This document shows positions 19,337 through 30,700 of a DNA stretch of 64,000 bases, one piece after another. The position numbers and the translations under genes are program-made. How positions within the stretch are numbered: position 1 is the first letter of the stretch; the number at the start of each line of letters is the position of its first letter. The DNA lies in the NCBI GenBank assembly GCA_964618725.1, contig CAZUBK010000004.1, positions 79,485 through 143,484 of the forward strand, in the 5' to 3' direction. Source of the DNA: an uncultured Pseudomonadales bacterium (GTDB lineage Bacteria; Patescibacteriota; Microgenomatia; UBA1400; Chazhemtobacteraceae). The notes beneath the pieces were generated by a model that did not search any database, was not told the DNA's origin, and saw nothing but the letters and a program-made list of their open reading frames with translations.

Positions 19337-20620
19337 CTACTCAAATATCGCTAGAAGCCTTTTCTCATCCCTAAACGGTCCTACAATACTCAAGTTCATC
19401 TTTGTAGGCGTAAACAGCTCTCGTGCTAGCTCCATCACCTCATCTTCAGCAACCCTGTCTACACCTTTAATCAGCTCCTCTGGACTCCTCACCTCCCCAC
19501 CTCTAAGCACCCAGTCATCAGCCATCAACATTGCTACCTCCTGACTATCTTCCAAGTCAAGTTTTAATCCCCCCTTAATCCCTTCTTTAGCCATTAGTAA
19601 CTCTTTCTTGCTTACCTTTTTCTTCGTCAACTTCATCAGCTGCTCCACAATGATCTTTACTGCTTCTTCTACTTTCTTAAGTTTTACTCCTGCCCTGACA
19701 AATACCACTCCATTATCACTCTGGCTGTAGAATCCTGATCGGACATAATACGCCAAGCCTCGTTTCTCTCGAATCTCATCCCACAACCTACTACTCATAT
19801 TTTCTCCTAATATCTGGTTCAGCACCCACAAAGAATAGTTACGATCATCAGTCGCCGATATCCCTCGCAGCCCCAAAGCCAGGTGAGCTTGTTCAGTTTT
19901 CTTGTTACTCAATACTATCCTTGCCGTCTCTTGCGTGAAAATCTCGTGATACCCAAATCTATCAAACTTCTCCTTTTTCTTGTCGATTGAACTAAACTCT
20001 TCCTCAATTGAAGCCCGCAAGACACCTGCCTGTGGTAGCTTCCCTGCCACCACCACTACCATGTTTTCCGGATAGTACCAGCGATCTCGAAAAGTTTTCA
20101 AGTCTTCAATTTTCATAGCCGAAACCGATACACTGCTCCCTAAAGTCGGTCTCCCAAGACCCGAATTAGGAAATATTATCTTCTCCATTTCTTCGACGGC
20201 TTTTTTGGGGAAAGTATCCTCATACATCTTTATCTCTTCAATGATCGTCCCTTTCTCTTTCTCTAACTCTTTCTCCGGAAGCAGCGGTTCACAGACCATT
20301 TGTGATACTACTGATAGTCCCGTTCGCCACTGACTATCTCCCACCTTAACCCAATAACCCGTAAAGTCCGTCCAGGTAAACGCATTCATTTTCCCTCCTA
20401 TCTCATCTATCACTTTGGTAGTGTCATTTACCTTTGGATATCGTTTGGTACCTTTAAATACAAAGTGTTCTAGAAAGTGGGCTACTCCATATTGCTCAGG
20501 AGTCTCATCCCTGCTCCCTGCTCGAATCATCGTTAAGATAGTCACCGACTCGCCCGGCAACGGCACTGACACTAGAGTCAACCCCGACTTAAGCTTTTCT
20601 ATCTTTGGCTCAATTTGCAT
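19337..20620 (-). CDS. M16 family zinc peptidase (pitrilysin/MPP-like)
   Basis: AHFLEHFVFKGT, NAFT, EKGTIIEE, SSRLWDEIREKRGLAY. Confidence 0.95.
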   Translation of the reverse strand: MQIEPKIEKLKSGLTLVSVPLPGESVTILTMIRAGSRDETPEQYGVAHFLEHFVFKGTKRYPKVNDTTKVIDEIGGKMNAFTWTDFTGYWVKVGDSQWRTGLSVVSQMVCEPLLPEKELEKEKGTIIEEIKMYEDTFPKKAVEEMEKIIFPNSGLGRPTLGSSVSVSAMKIEDLKTFRDRWYYPENMVVVVAGKLPQAGVLRASIEEEFSSIDKKKEKFDRFGYHEIFTQETARIVLSNKKTEQAHLALGLRGISATDDRNYSLWVLNQILGENMSSRLWDEIREKRGLAYYVRSGFYSQSDNGVVFVRAGVKLKKVEEAVKIIVEQLMKLTKKKVSKKELLMAKEGIKGGLKLDLEDSQEVAMLMADDWVLRGGEVRSPEELIKGVDRVAEDEVMELARELFTPTKMNLSIVGPFRDEKRLLAIFE

Positions 20621-20685
20621 AACAACCATTCTACCTCCTCATCGTCCTCTTGACAAAAGTCCACCAAACATGTTAAAAAGTATCT

Positions 20686-20946
20686 ATGTTTAATCAAACA
20701 CCACAAACTTATACACCAGAACAGGCTGCCCAGCTATTGCAGTTGTCCAAAAATACCATCTATGAACTAATCAATCGTGGCGAAATCGTTGCTAAGAAAC
20801 TGGGCAAGGTCTATCGTATCCCCCGAAGTTCTCTCTCGTTCATCTTCACTGGTCTGGACACAGATCTCTACCGAGCAGAACGTCAAGATCTAAAGACTAT
20901 CAATAAAGTTGAAACTGTCCTTTCTCGGGTTCGCCAACAACTATGA
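20686..20946 (+). CDS. HTH_17 (excisionase-like) protein, putative antitoxin
   Basis: YTPEQAAQLLQLSKNTIYELINRGEI.AKKLGKVYRIP; ATGA overlap with PIN gene. Confidence 0.85.
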   Translation: MFNQTPQTYTPEQAAQLLQLSKNTIYELINRGEIVAKKLGKVYRIPRSSLSFIFTGLDTDLYRAERQDLKTINKVETVLSRVRQQL

Positions 20947-21377
20947 AATTCAAAGCAAGAATCTTTCTTGACTCAGACGTCATTATCTCCTCCCTCATCT
21001 CCACTACAGGCGCCGCCCATCTCCTGACTCGTACCTCTCAACTCGATTTATATATCTCAAATCATTCTCAAAAGGAATTAGCAATTGTCGCCACTCGTCT
21101 TAAACTAAGCCACCCCAAATTACATTCCCTAATTAAACAATTTACCGTCATTACTTCTGATCAAACGCTAAATAAGATAAAGAAAGAGTTTTCTCAATAT
21201 ACAAATGATCCAAATGATAGTCATATCATCGCTGGAGCTGCACAAAGTCAAGCAGATTTCCTGATTACATATAACCTTAAACATTACAAAATCGAAACGA
21301 TCAAACGCCAATTGAATTTTATGATTCTCACACCAGGGCAATTTCTCCAATATCTCAGATCACTCTCTTCATCTTAA
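20943..21377 (+). CDS. PIN-domain protein (PIN_3-like), putative toxin
   Basis: IFLDSDVIIS, DPNDSHII, ADFLITYNLKHY, ILTPGQFL. Confidence 0.88.
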   Translation: MKFKARIFLDSDVIISSLISTTGAAHLLTRTSQLDLYISNHSQKELAIVATRLKLSHPKLHSLIKQFTVITSDQTLNKIKKEFSQYTNDPNDSHIIAGAAQSQADFLITYNLKHYKIETIKRQLNFMILTPGQFLQYLRSLSSS

Positions 21378-21392
21378 GAGAAGTTAAGTCTT

Positions 21393-22160
21393 CTAAAGTA
21401 CTAGAATCAAATAAGCCAGCCCCAGTCCTATCGCCCCAACTCCTAGTGTCAATAATACTTGTACTACCACTGCCATTTGGATCCTCGCCCCCGCCAACGG
21501 ATTCCTCCCTATTGCCTCTACTCCTGCTTTGGCTACTCGACCAAAGTATATAAATCCAACTACAAACGACACAACCACTATCACCGCTGCCGCTAAGTAA
21601 CGTAATGCGGACAACGGATCCAAAAACGGAACACTCAAACCCTCTCTTAATGTCTCAAATAGATTCTCTCCGATACTCTGTAAATTCAAACTAGGATGCA
21701 CTTTTATCGACACCTCTATTTGCCCCACTTGGTTAGGATCACCACTCTCCCATCCTTCCAGTGCCGTCCCCAAGACAAATCCGTTCTTAACCGCCTTCAC
21801 TCCGATTCCCGGCGTTGTTGAGCTAGTAACTAGATCTCCCTGAACGATTGCTCCTCTGGAAGCATTCACCCGTACCACCGCCCTTCCAGAGGTAATGACT
21901 GAAAACGAATTAGGTATGTTGGTCGCTACAATTGCCGCCGCCGGGCTCGCTACGACTACTCCAAACATCTCCACCTGAAACTCTTGGTTACACAAAACAT
22001 ACTCGTCTCCCGCGTTACAAATGACACTACCAAGTGGCACTTCCCCCTCCGTAACAGTTACCGGTATTGCTACCCCCAAGTCAATTGACTGAGCCAGGAC
22101 TTGTCCAGAAGATCCCATCATCAATAAAAACATCAAAACCAAGAAAAAGAAATTCTTCAT
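21393..22160 (-). CDS. Secreted/membrane protein with fibre-terminal-like beta domain and C-terminal ATP-synthase-c-like TM hairpin
   Basis: Signal peptide; GRAVVRV..GAIVQGDLVTSS..PG..VKA...GFVLGTALEGW; FGRVAKAGVEAIGRNPLA between two TMs. Confidence 0.75.
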   Translation of the reverse strand: MKNFFFLVLMFLLMMGSSGQVLAQSIDLGVAIPVTVTEGEVPLGSVICNAGDEYVLCNQEFQVEMFGVVVASPAAAIVATNIPNSFSVITSGRAVVRVNASRGAIVQGDLVTSSTTPGIGVKAVKNGFVLGTALEGWESGDPNQVGQIEVSIKVHPSLNLQSIGENLFETLREGLSVPFLDPLSALRYLAAAVIVVVSFVVGFIYFGRVAKAGVEAIGRNPLAGARIQMAVVVQVLLTLGVGAIGLGLAYLILVL

Positions 22161-22246
22161 TACTTTCAATGTAACAAATTTCTCCAATTTAGAGATATCT
22201 AAAAAAACCCTTGTATTCACTTCCTAAGAATGCCACAATCAACCCC

Positions 22247-24229
22247 ATGTCCGCCCAACAACAAACCAAAGCCTTTGATACCCTTTCCTTAATCAGTCTT
22301 TTTGCCATCGTCTTCCTCCTACCTCTTATCTTCCTCCCCTCCTTTGTCAACTCGCATATTACCGGCAAGCTGACCCTTCTTGGTATCGGCCTTACCCTCA
22401 TTCTCGCTTCCAAAATCGCCAAGACCCTAATTAACAGAAGGCTTGAGATCACTTTAAGCCACTTTGACTTGCCTATTTTCTTTTTTGCCCTCATATACAT
22501 AGTAGTTACCTTCCTCCGCACTCCCAATAAGATGGAAGCTTTCTTCCTCCCCGGCACCACCAGCTTCGTCATCGCCGGCACCATCCTCTACTTCAGCCTC
22601 ACCCAGCTTTCGGCAAAGCTTAGACAGACCGTCCTTACCACCCTGATTCTCTCGGGAATCCTCGTCAACTTTATTTTCACCCTTTCCCATACCGGCGTCT
22701 TTGCCAAACTAAACGTCTTCCCTGCCTTTCTTAACACCAGTTTCACCACTTTCGACGGTGTTTTGGCCCAGACTATTTTCACCATTACCCTCCTCCTCAT
22801 TCTACTTAGCCAATTAGCCAGCAAACCCAAAAACCCAACCAAAGGTTTCTTCCTTGTTTCTCTAGTTCTTCTCACTATTGGCAGTTTCTTCTCCGTCAAC
22901 AGCCTTCTTCCGGGCAAAACACTCTCACCCCAACTTCTTGGCTTCAAGGACTCCTGGGTCATCATGGTCGACAGCATCAAAGAAAAGCCCTTCCTCGGCA
23001 GCGGCCCGGGCAACTTCGTCAGCGCCTTTGCCCGCTTCAAGCCCCTCGACATCAACAACACCGATCAATGGAACACCCTTCATGCCACCTCCCGCAATCT
23101 ATATTTCACCATTGCTACCGAAACCGGACTACTTGGAGTCCTCCTTATTATCATCTTCCTCCTCTACTGGATCAAAGTCTTAAGAACTACCTCAAACAAT
23201 CTCCCACAGGGATCTTCGATCTACTTAGCCTGTCTCTTCCTTCTCTTGGCTCTTGTCTTTTTCCCAACCTCCAGTAGTCTCCTTGTCATTCTCTTCCTTC
23301 TCACTGGACTAGCTTCACCAGCCAAAAAACACTTGAAACTAGAAAACAAAATCGTCCTCCTGGGTACCACTCTTCCGCTTATTATCGCTTTGGCAGCCTT
23401 CGTCTTCTTTGGCGGTTCAGCCCTTGCCGCTGAAAACCATTACAAAAATGCCCTAAGCAGCCCCAATGCCCAGTATGTCTTTGAAGAGCTAAGAAAGGCG
23501 ATTAAGGCAAGCCCCTATGTCGACCGCTACCACCTCACCTTCTCTCAAGTTAACATCAACCTAGCCGCCAATCTCTTCAAAAAAGGCCAGTTGAGCGAAG
23601 ACGAACAAAAATCCCTCAACCAATTGATCGACCAAGGCATCAACCAAGCCAAGATCTCAGTCAATTTGAATCCGCAAAGAGCCAGCAACTGGGAAATCCT
23701 AGCTAACATCTACCAATCCCTTACCCGCATTGCCAAGGGTGCCGACGAATTTGCCTACACCGCCTATCAGCAGGCCATCACCCTCCATCCCTACAACCCT
23801 ATCCCCCGTCTTTCCCTTGGAGGCCTCCTATATACCCAAGGTCGTTTCCAAGACGCTGTACGGGTCTTAGAAATGGCCGCCCTCACCAAACCAGACCACG
23901 CAAATATCCGTTACAACCTGAGCCTTAGCTACCGCGAAGCCAATCAAGTCGACCAAGCCATCGAACAACTAAACACTCTCCTCACTCTAATTGAGAAGGA
24001 CTCAAAAGACTACGAACTAGTTAAGGCCCTTCTTGATCAACTTGCGTCACGCAAAAAATCAGAAGCCCCCTCCGGTGAGGAGTTGACCGCTCCAGTAGCC
24101 CCTCCCAAACGACCCATCACTCCCCCTCTAGAACTTCCCGATACTTCCGCTCCACCAGAGAATCCTCTCCCCGAAGCGACACCCACTCCCACTTCGACAG
24201 AGAATCCTACCCCAACACCCTCCATATAA
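22247..24229 (+). CDS. O-antigen ligase/oligosaccharyltransferase-like membrane protein with C-terminal TPRs
   Basis: Many TMs, W...IKEKPFLGSGPGNF, NLYFTIATETGLLG (Wzy_C-like), TPR helices, Pro-rich tail. Confidence 0.85.
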   Translation: MSAQQQTKAFDTLSLISLFAIVFLLPLIFLPSFVNSHITGKLTLLGIGLTLILASKIAKTLINRRLEITLSHFDLPIFFFALIYIVVTFLRTPNKMEAFFLPGTTSFVIAGTILYFSLTQLSAKLRQTVLTTLILSGILVNFIFTLSHTGVFAKLNVFPAFLNTSFTTFDGVLAQTIFTITLLLILLSQLASKPKNPTKGFFLVSLVLLTIGSFFSVNSLLPGKTLSPQLLGFKDSWVIMVDSIKEKPFLGSGPGNFVSAFARFKPLDINNTDQWNTLHATSRNLYFTIATETGLLGVLLIIIFLLYWIKVLRTTSNNLPQGSSIYLACLFLLLALVFFPTSSSLLVILFLLTGLASPAKKHLKLENKIVLLGTTLPLIIALAAFVFFGGSALAAENHYKNALSSPNAQYVFEELRKAIKASPYVDRYHLTFSQVNINLAANLFKKGQLSEDEQKSLNQLIDQGINQAKISVNLNPQRASNWEILANIYQSLTRIAKGADEFAYTAYQQAITLHPYNPIPRLSLGGLLYTQGRFQDAVRVLEMAALTKPDHANIRYNLSLSYREANQVDQAIEQLNTLLTLIEKDSKDYELVKALLDQLASRKKSEAPSGEELTAPVAPPKRPITPPLELPDTSAPPENPLPEATPTPTSTENPTPTPSI

Positions 24230-24356
24230 TTTCCAAAACCGAAGCCATACCCGAAACAACTGCAAATTTGTACATTCAGCCTCAAAACTGTACAACTTTC
24301 ACGCTTCTCTTTCCTAACTCCGCTTCTTTCTTCTACTTACAAATTTCGCATTTAAG

Positions 24357-24498
24357 TTCTAGATACCTGTAAACAAAAACATTACGCAGACAGAAAAAGC
24401 CGGTTTCGAAACGAAGTGAAGAATTTTTCTAGTCGAGTAAGAGACTGGCCGAGTCGCTGGACGAGGAACATGTCGTTTTTTGTGACAGGTATTTGGAA
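24357..24498 (+). repeat. Structured dispersed repeat family B, copy 1
   Basis: Long terminal stem TTCTAGATACCTGT/ACAGGTATTTGGAA; core shared with 39583-39727. Confidence 0.85.
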
Positions 24499-24703
24499 TA
24501 TCAGAAGTGCGAAAGTTGCACTAGATATTTCACTTCCTCCATTCTTCCCTCCAGTGTTCGCGTCATCAATCCATTCCCACTTTTACCTGTTGACTTCACC
24601 CACAAAATCCTTCATAAATTAATACTAGATAAAGTTGTACATTTAGCCTCAAAAAATATCTAAATTTTATATACAACTTTTCTCCAAAGACAAAACTGCC
24701 CAA

Positions 24704-27700
24704 ATGTCCGCCCAAAAACATACCCAAACTAGCGAAAATCAAACTCTCACCCTTACTCAAGCGGCGCAAATCCTGGACGTCAACATGGCCACCGTCCGCC
24801 GCTGGACTAACAATGGCAAACTCCCTTCTTTCCGTACTCCCGGAGGCCATCGTCGCCTCCACCAGGCCGATGTCGAAAAAATCGCCCTCCAAAAACAGCG
24901 CCGCCAACTTCTCAAGCAACAAGCCCTGGCCGATGCCATCCAAATCCAACAACTCGCTCTTCCTAAAACCCCCCTCAAACCAATCTCAAGTCTGCTCACT
25001 GAACCCTCCCTGAAAGTCATCGACTCTGACCCCCTCAACATTCCGCAAGCCGAAGGTCCCCGTGGGATCCCGTTAGGGATAGACAACAAATCCAAGTCTT
25101 CCTTTCGTTCCTTTCTCACCCTCGCTTTGATCCTTGCTACTCTTCTTGTTTCCTTCAAGGGAGTCAAAGCCTTTAGAGACACCATTGCCTACGAAACCCT
25201 CTACAACACTCTCCCCTTCTTGTCCCGTTTTACGGGATCCCCTCTCTCTCCTCTTACTCAAAACAAAATCACAGACAAATTAAAGGGTTCCGTCCTCCAA
25301 GCCACCGATACTGTCGAGGAACTAATCTTTGAAGTCAATATCCCCACGAATATTGATAATGACCTCAATGTCAGTGGTGATCTCACCGTCGATGGAGACC
25401 TCATCACTAATGGCAATGTTGCTTTTGACAGTATCTCTGCCGATACCGCAGACTTTGGTTCTGCCGACATCACCACTCTTAGTATCGGTGGTACTACTCT
25501 TACCTCCACTGCTACGGAACTAAACTACCTCGATGGCCTGACTCTCGCCGCTGGAGGTATTGCCTACTCTACCTCTACCGGTCTTCAGATCTCCGCTGCC
25601 GGCACCAGTAGCCAGGTTCTGACCAGCAACGGTAGCGGTGCCCCCACATGGAAGAGCGTTTCCAGTATCCAATCTACCGACGCCTCAACGCTGGACAGTC
25701 TTGACTCCACCGCCTTCCTGCGTAGTAACGCCGATGATACTTACGACTCCGGTAACACCTTAACCGTCGCCGGTGCTCTCGCAGTTTCTGGTTCCCTGAC
25801 CTCCACCGGAGACGTCAGCATCTCTGACACCAATATTGCCCTCAATGGCGCCACCACCACCTTTACCACCACCGGAGACTTAACTCTTGCTGTCGGGGGG
25901 TCCGACATCCTCTCAACTTCTCGAATGACTTTGGGCTCTGCCACTGCCGGAACTGCCCAACTTCTGATCGACGGCAACGCCGATGTCATCCAACTTCAAA
26001 TCCAAGGACACTCTACCCAAACCGCAAGCACCTTCGTCATTGAACAGTCCGATGGTACGGATGTGCTTGCGGTAGGCAACACCGGGGTCCTGACGCTCAC
26101 CAACAGCGGCACCACCAACACCACCTTCAACCTCTCCAGTTCCGGAGACTTCATCATTCAGGACAACGGCACCGCCTTCATCACCTTTAACAGCAGTGGC
26201 CAGGTCGTGGGAAGCGATACCCTTCTTTTCAATCTCTCCGCTGCCACCCATAATTCCACCACTCCCGAAGGTATCATTCTCCCTCAAGCCACTTCCTTTA
26301 CCTCTCCCTCTTCCGGAGAAGGTTACATTGCCTGGGACTCTGATGACAACAAGTTGATGATGTATACAGGTAGCGCCTGGGTTGACGTCGCTGCTGCTGG
26401 AGGATCACTCTGGACTGACGGAGGAACGACCACCTACCTCACCGCTACCACCGACGATCTCGCCGTTGGCGGCACCGACTCGGAAAGCAACCTCTTCTTT
26501 GATGAGTCCGCCTCCGCCCTCTCTCTTAACCCCTATGGCACTTCTGCCGGTAATACTGGTGAATTAAGGTTTGAAGAGTTAGAAGCCAACGGTGACTCCT
26601 ACACTGGATTCAAAAGTCCCGATTCGCTAGCCGCCAATGTCGTCTACACTCTCCCTTCTGCCGACGCTACTACCAGTAACCAAGTCCTCGCCTCCTCTGC
26701 CGCCGGCGTTCTCTCTTGGATTGACGTCTCTGCTGGTGCCGGCACTCTCTGGACCGATGGAGGTACCACTACCTACGTTACCTCTACCACCGACGATATC
26801 GCTATGGGAGGAACTACCGCCGAATCCCCTTTCTGGATGGACGTCTCTGCTTCCCTTCTTAATCTCAACCCCTACGGCACTTCTACCGGCAATACCGGTG
26901 CTTTTGTCTCCCAAGAACTCGAAGCCAATGGCGACTCCTACACTGGTTTCAAAGCTCCAGACTCTTTAGCCGCTTCTGTCGTCTACGCTCTTCCCCTTGC
27001 CGATGCCTCCTCTGCCAACCAAGTCCTTTCGAGTAACGCCTCTGGTACCCTCGCCTGGATTGACGTCACTGGCGGTGCTGGTGCTCCCTGGACTACTTCC
27101 ACCACCAATACATATCTCACTACCACCACCAACGACGTCATCGTCGGTGCTTCCACCCCCGTCTCCTCTGCCAAACTTAGTGTCGATGGTGATGACGACC
27201 AGATTCAACTTGTCGTCCAAGGTAATGCCACTCAAACCGTCGCCACCCAACTCTTCCTCGTCGAGACCTCTGCCGGATCAGATCTTTTTTCCGTTGATGT
27301 CAACGGCGACTTAGTTCTCTCTGGCGAACTCGACATCAACGGTACCGGTACCCACGACATCGCAGGAACATTAAACCTCTCCGGGACAACCTTAACTGCC
27401 AGTGGCGACCTCACCATCACCCCCGTTGGTGGAGACGTCATCCTGGGATCCTCTGTGGCGCTTACCGCTTCCAAAATTAACAAAGTCATCGTCGTCGACG
27501 GCACCACCTATGCCCAGACGTGTGCCGGCATCAATGCCGCCATTGATGCGCTGGGAGCTAGTGGAGGAGAGATATACCTCCCCGAAGCTACTTACACCTG
27601 TACCGAAACGATAACGGTGGATTACAACAACACCACCATACGGGGCGCGGGGAAAGGGAGTAAAATTGTCGCGTCCGCTTGGGGTAGCTGGGGGACGCCG

Positions 27701-30700
27701 GGGGATGTGATAACGACTGGGACCACCGACTACAATAGTTTCCGTGATTTTCAGATTGACGGAACGCTTTTGACGGCACAAGCCTATGATCTTCTCGATC
27801 TCCCCAACGGTTCCAACTACATCGTGATTGACGGACTCTACCTAAAAAATAGTGATCGATACGGGATAAACATCAATCCCGGCGGAGCCTTCGTCATGAT
27901 CACCAACAGTATCATCGAAGGGTCAGATAGCTATGGCATTGTGGCTGATAACACCTCGGCGTATACCAATATTGCCAATAACATCATCCGCACAAACGAT
28001 TATGGTATCGTCATCGCGGGTGATTTCGTCGACGTAAGTAACAACATTATCACCGGCAACACCACCGCCGGTATTTCCGCAACCGGTTGGGGCGAGGATG
28101 CGACGATTACCGGCAACACCTTTTTTTCCAACGGGACGTATGGGGTATATGTCAGCGGTACAGGCTTTGATACCAATAACAATGTCACCATTTCCGGTAA
28201 TGAATTTAAAACGCATACCAACGGCGTTTATCTAAATAACACCAAGCAGGTAGCAGTGGTCGGCAATAACATTTTCCAATACTCCACCCAAGCCGGGCAG
28301 TATGGCGTGTACATAACCGGTGCTTCTGCTGATCCGGCCAACAGCAATCTGATTTCCAATAACGTCATAACGGGCTATACCGATGCCGGGGATATAGGTA
28401 TCTACATCGTCAACAGTTATGCCAACAATAACATCCTTTCTTACAATAGCTTTTCCACCAACGAAACAAACATCACGGATAATGGTGTTAACACACAGAT
28501 CAGCAATGCTGACTCCGGTAATCTTAGTATCGGCGGTGCCGACTCCACCCCAGACACCACCCTTGAACTCTTCCGTGCTTCAGGTTCCGACTCCACTTTC
28601 AGTATGACCGACGGTGACGTCGCCCATGGAGTTACTACGCTTGCCAATACTGACGCCTTCTTCCACGCTGGCCCCATCTCCTCCACCGTTGGTGGTACTA
28701 GACTAACTTCTCTTGCCGATGCTGATGGCCAAGCCCTGGAACTAAGAGCAGTCCAAACTGCTCCTACTGATACCACCCCCGCCATTAAACTCGTCGGTGC
28801 CAAAGCCTCTGGAACTGGAGTAGTTGACCTTGATGCTGCAGAGACTGTCTTTCAGGTGGCAAATAACGACGACGCGGCAGCACTTACTGTCTTAGGATCC
28901 GGGTCAGTCGGGATCGGTGATACCACTCCAGACGCCGTTTTCGACGTCGATTCCACTTCAGCTACCGCCGTCATTTTTGGCGACGGCACCAGTAACTACT
29001 TTACCTTTGACGGTTCCACCGATGTTGGCGACACTTTGTTTACCTTCACCGGAGCCAGTTCGGGAATAACTTCCGGAAAAATACTTTCCGTAGTCGCCGA
29101 TACCATCACAACTGGCAATGCGTTAGATTTCTCGGTTGATGGCATCTCCACTGGAAATGGCATGTATTTGGAATCTACTTCAACCGCCCTCTCCTCAGGC
29201 AATATTGCCTCGTATTACTGGAATCCTGGGAGTGCCACTACCGCAACCGGCGACATTCTGCGGCTAGATGTAGGGAGCAATGGGACCATCGGAAATATTC
29301 TAAACGTGATGAACGGTGGTTCTTCAGTCTTTTCTGTATCACAATCCCAAATTACTAGTGCATTACCCCATCAGTTTACCGCCGCAGGAGATGTATCCAT
29401 CGCCTATGACTTGCAATTTACTAACCAGACTGCTTCCTACATAAAGTCGTATGCCCCGTTGTATATCGAAGCAGGAGAGACGTTTGAAAACAACGACTTA
29501 ACCTTGAGAACCTATGGAACTGGTGATGTGATTTTGGATTTCACCACTTCAACGGGAACCGGAAAGTTACAGATTGCCGCGCCTGATCCATCCATCGTTT
29601 TCGATACCGAAACAGCCACCGATACTGACTTTTGGATGGGGGTAGTTGAAGACGCGGGCGCAGATGATGACGACACCTTCCAGATTGGTGATGGCACCAC
29701 TCCTGGAACCAATCCCTGGTTAGTCTTAGATACCAGTGGTAACGTAGGTATTGGTCCAGACACCACCCCAGATTACAAGTTCGAGATCAATGTGGCCGCC
29801 AGCAGCGACTCAACCTTCGCCTTAGTGGACGGTGACGTCGCCCACGGTGTCACCACCCTCGTCAACACCGATGCCTTCTTCCACGCTGGCCCCATCTCCT
29901 CCACTGTTGGTGGTACTAGACTTACTTCTCTTGCTGACGCTGACGGTCAAGCATTTGAGATCAGTGCTGTTCAAACCGCTCCCACCGATACCACTCCTGC
30001 TATTAAACTAGTTGGTGCCAAAGCCTCTGGTACTGGAGTCGTTGACCTTGATGCCGCCGAAACTGTCTTTCAAGTGGCAAACAATAATGACACGGCAGGG
30101 ATTACCATGCTTGGTGATAGTTCTGTCGGTATTGGAACCGTCACACCCAGCTCCTTTGCTAATAAACTCGCAGTTATATACTCAGTTAGTGGCATCACCG
30201 GTGGTACCAGCGGCACTTTCCAAAATACTTTTACTCCCACGGCGAATACCGCCGGTAGCCCTATCGCTCTCAAAGCCGCCACCACAGTCAGCGGTGGATC
30301 AACTAACTACTCCTCGGCCAATACTGCTATACGGGCACAAGCAAGTAATGTGAATAACACAGGTTCATTAACCACCACCTATGGCGTATATTCCCAACAC
30401 GGAGCCCTTTCCGGAGGAACAACCGGATCTTCTGCCGCCTCTTATGGCGTTTACTCTGATACCGCCTGGAGCTCATCAGCTACATTGGCATCTGCCTATA
30501 ACTATGCCGCAGTTATTTCGGCCAACTCTGGCACCTTCACCAATACTTATGGATTCTATGCTGGTGACCTGACTTCTGGCACTCAAAGTAACACTCCTTT
30601 CTCTTTCTATGCTTCAGATACGGGTACATTCAATTATTTCGGTGGTCGTACTGGCATCGGCGACACCTCACCTCTTGGTATGCTCGAAGTCAGTAGCGCC

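Noticed and set aside
21393-21620. ATP synthase subunit c (atpE)
   Set aside because: The GRNP hairpin is fused to a secreted domain, lacks the proton-binding Glu/Asp in the second helix, and no atp operon is adjacent.
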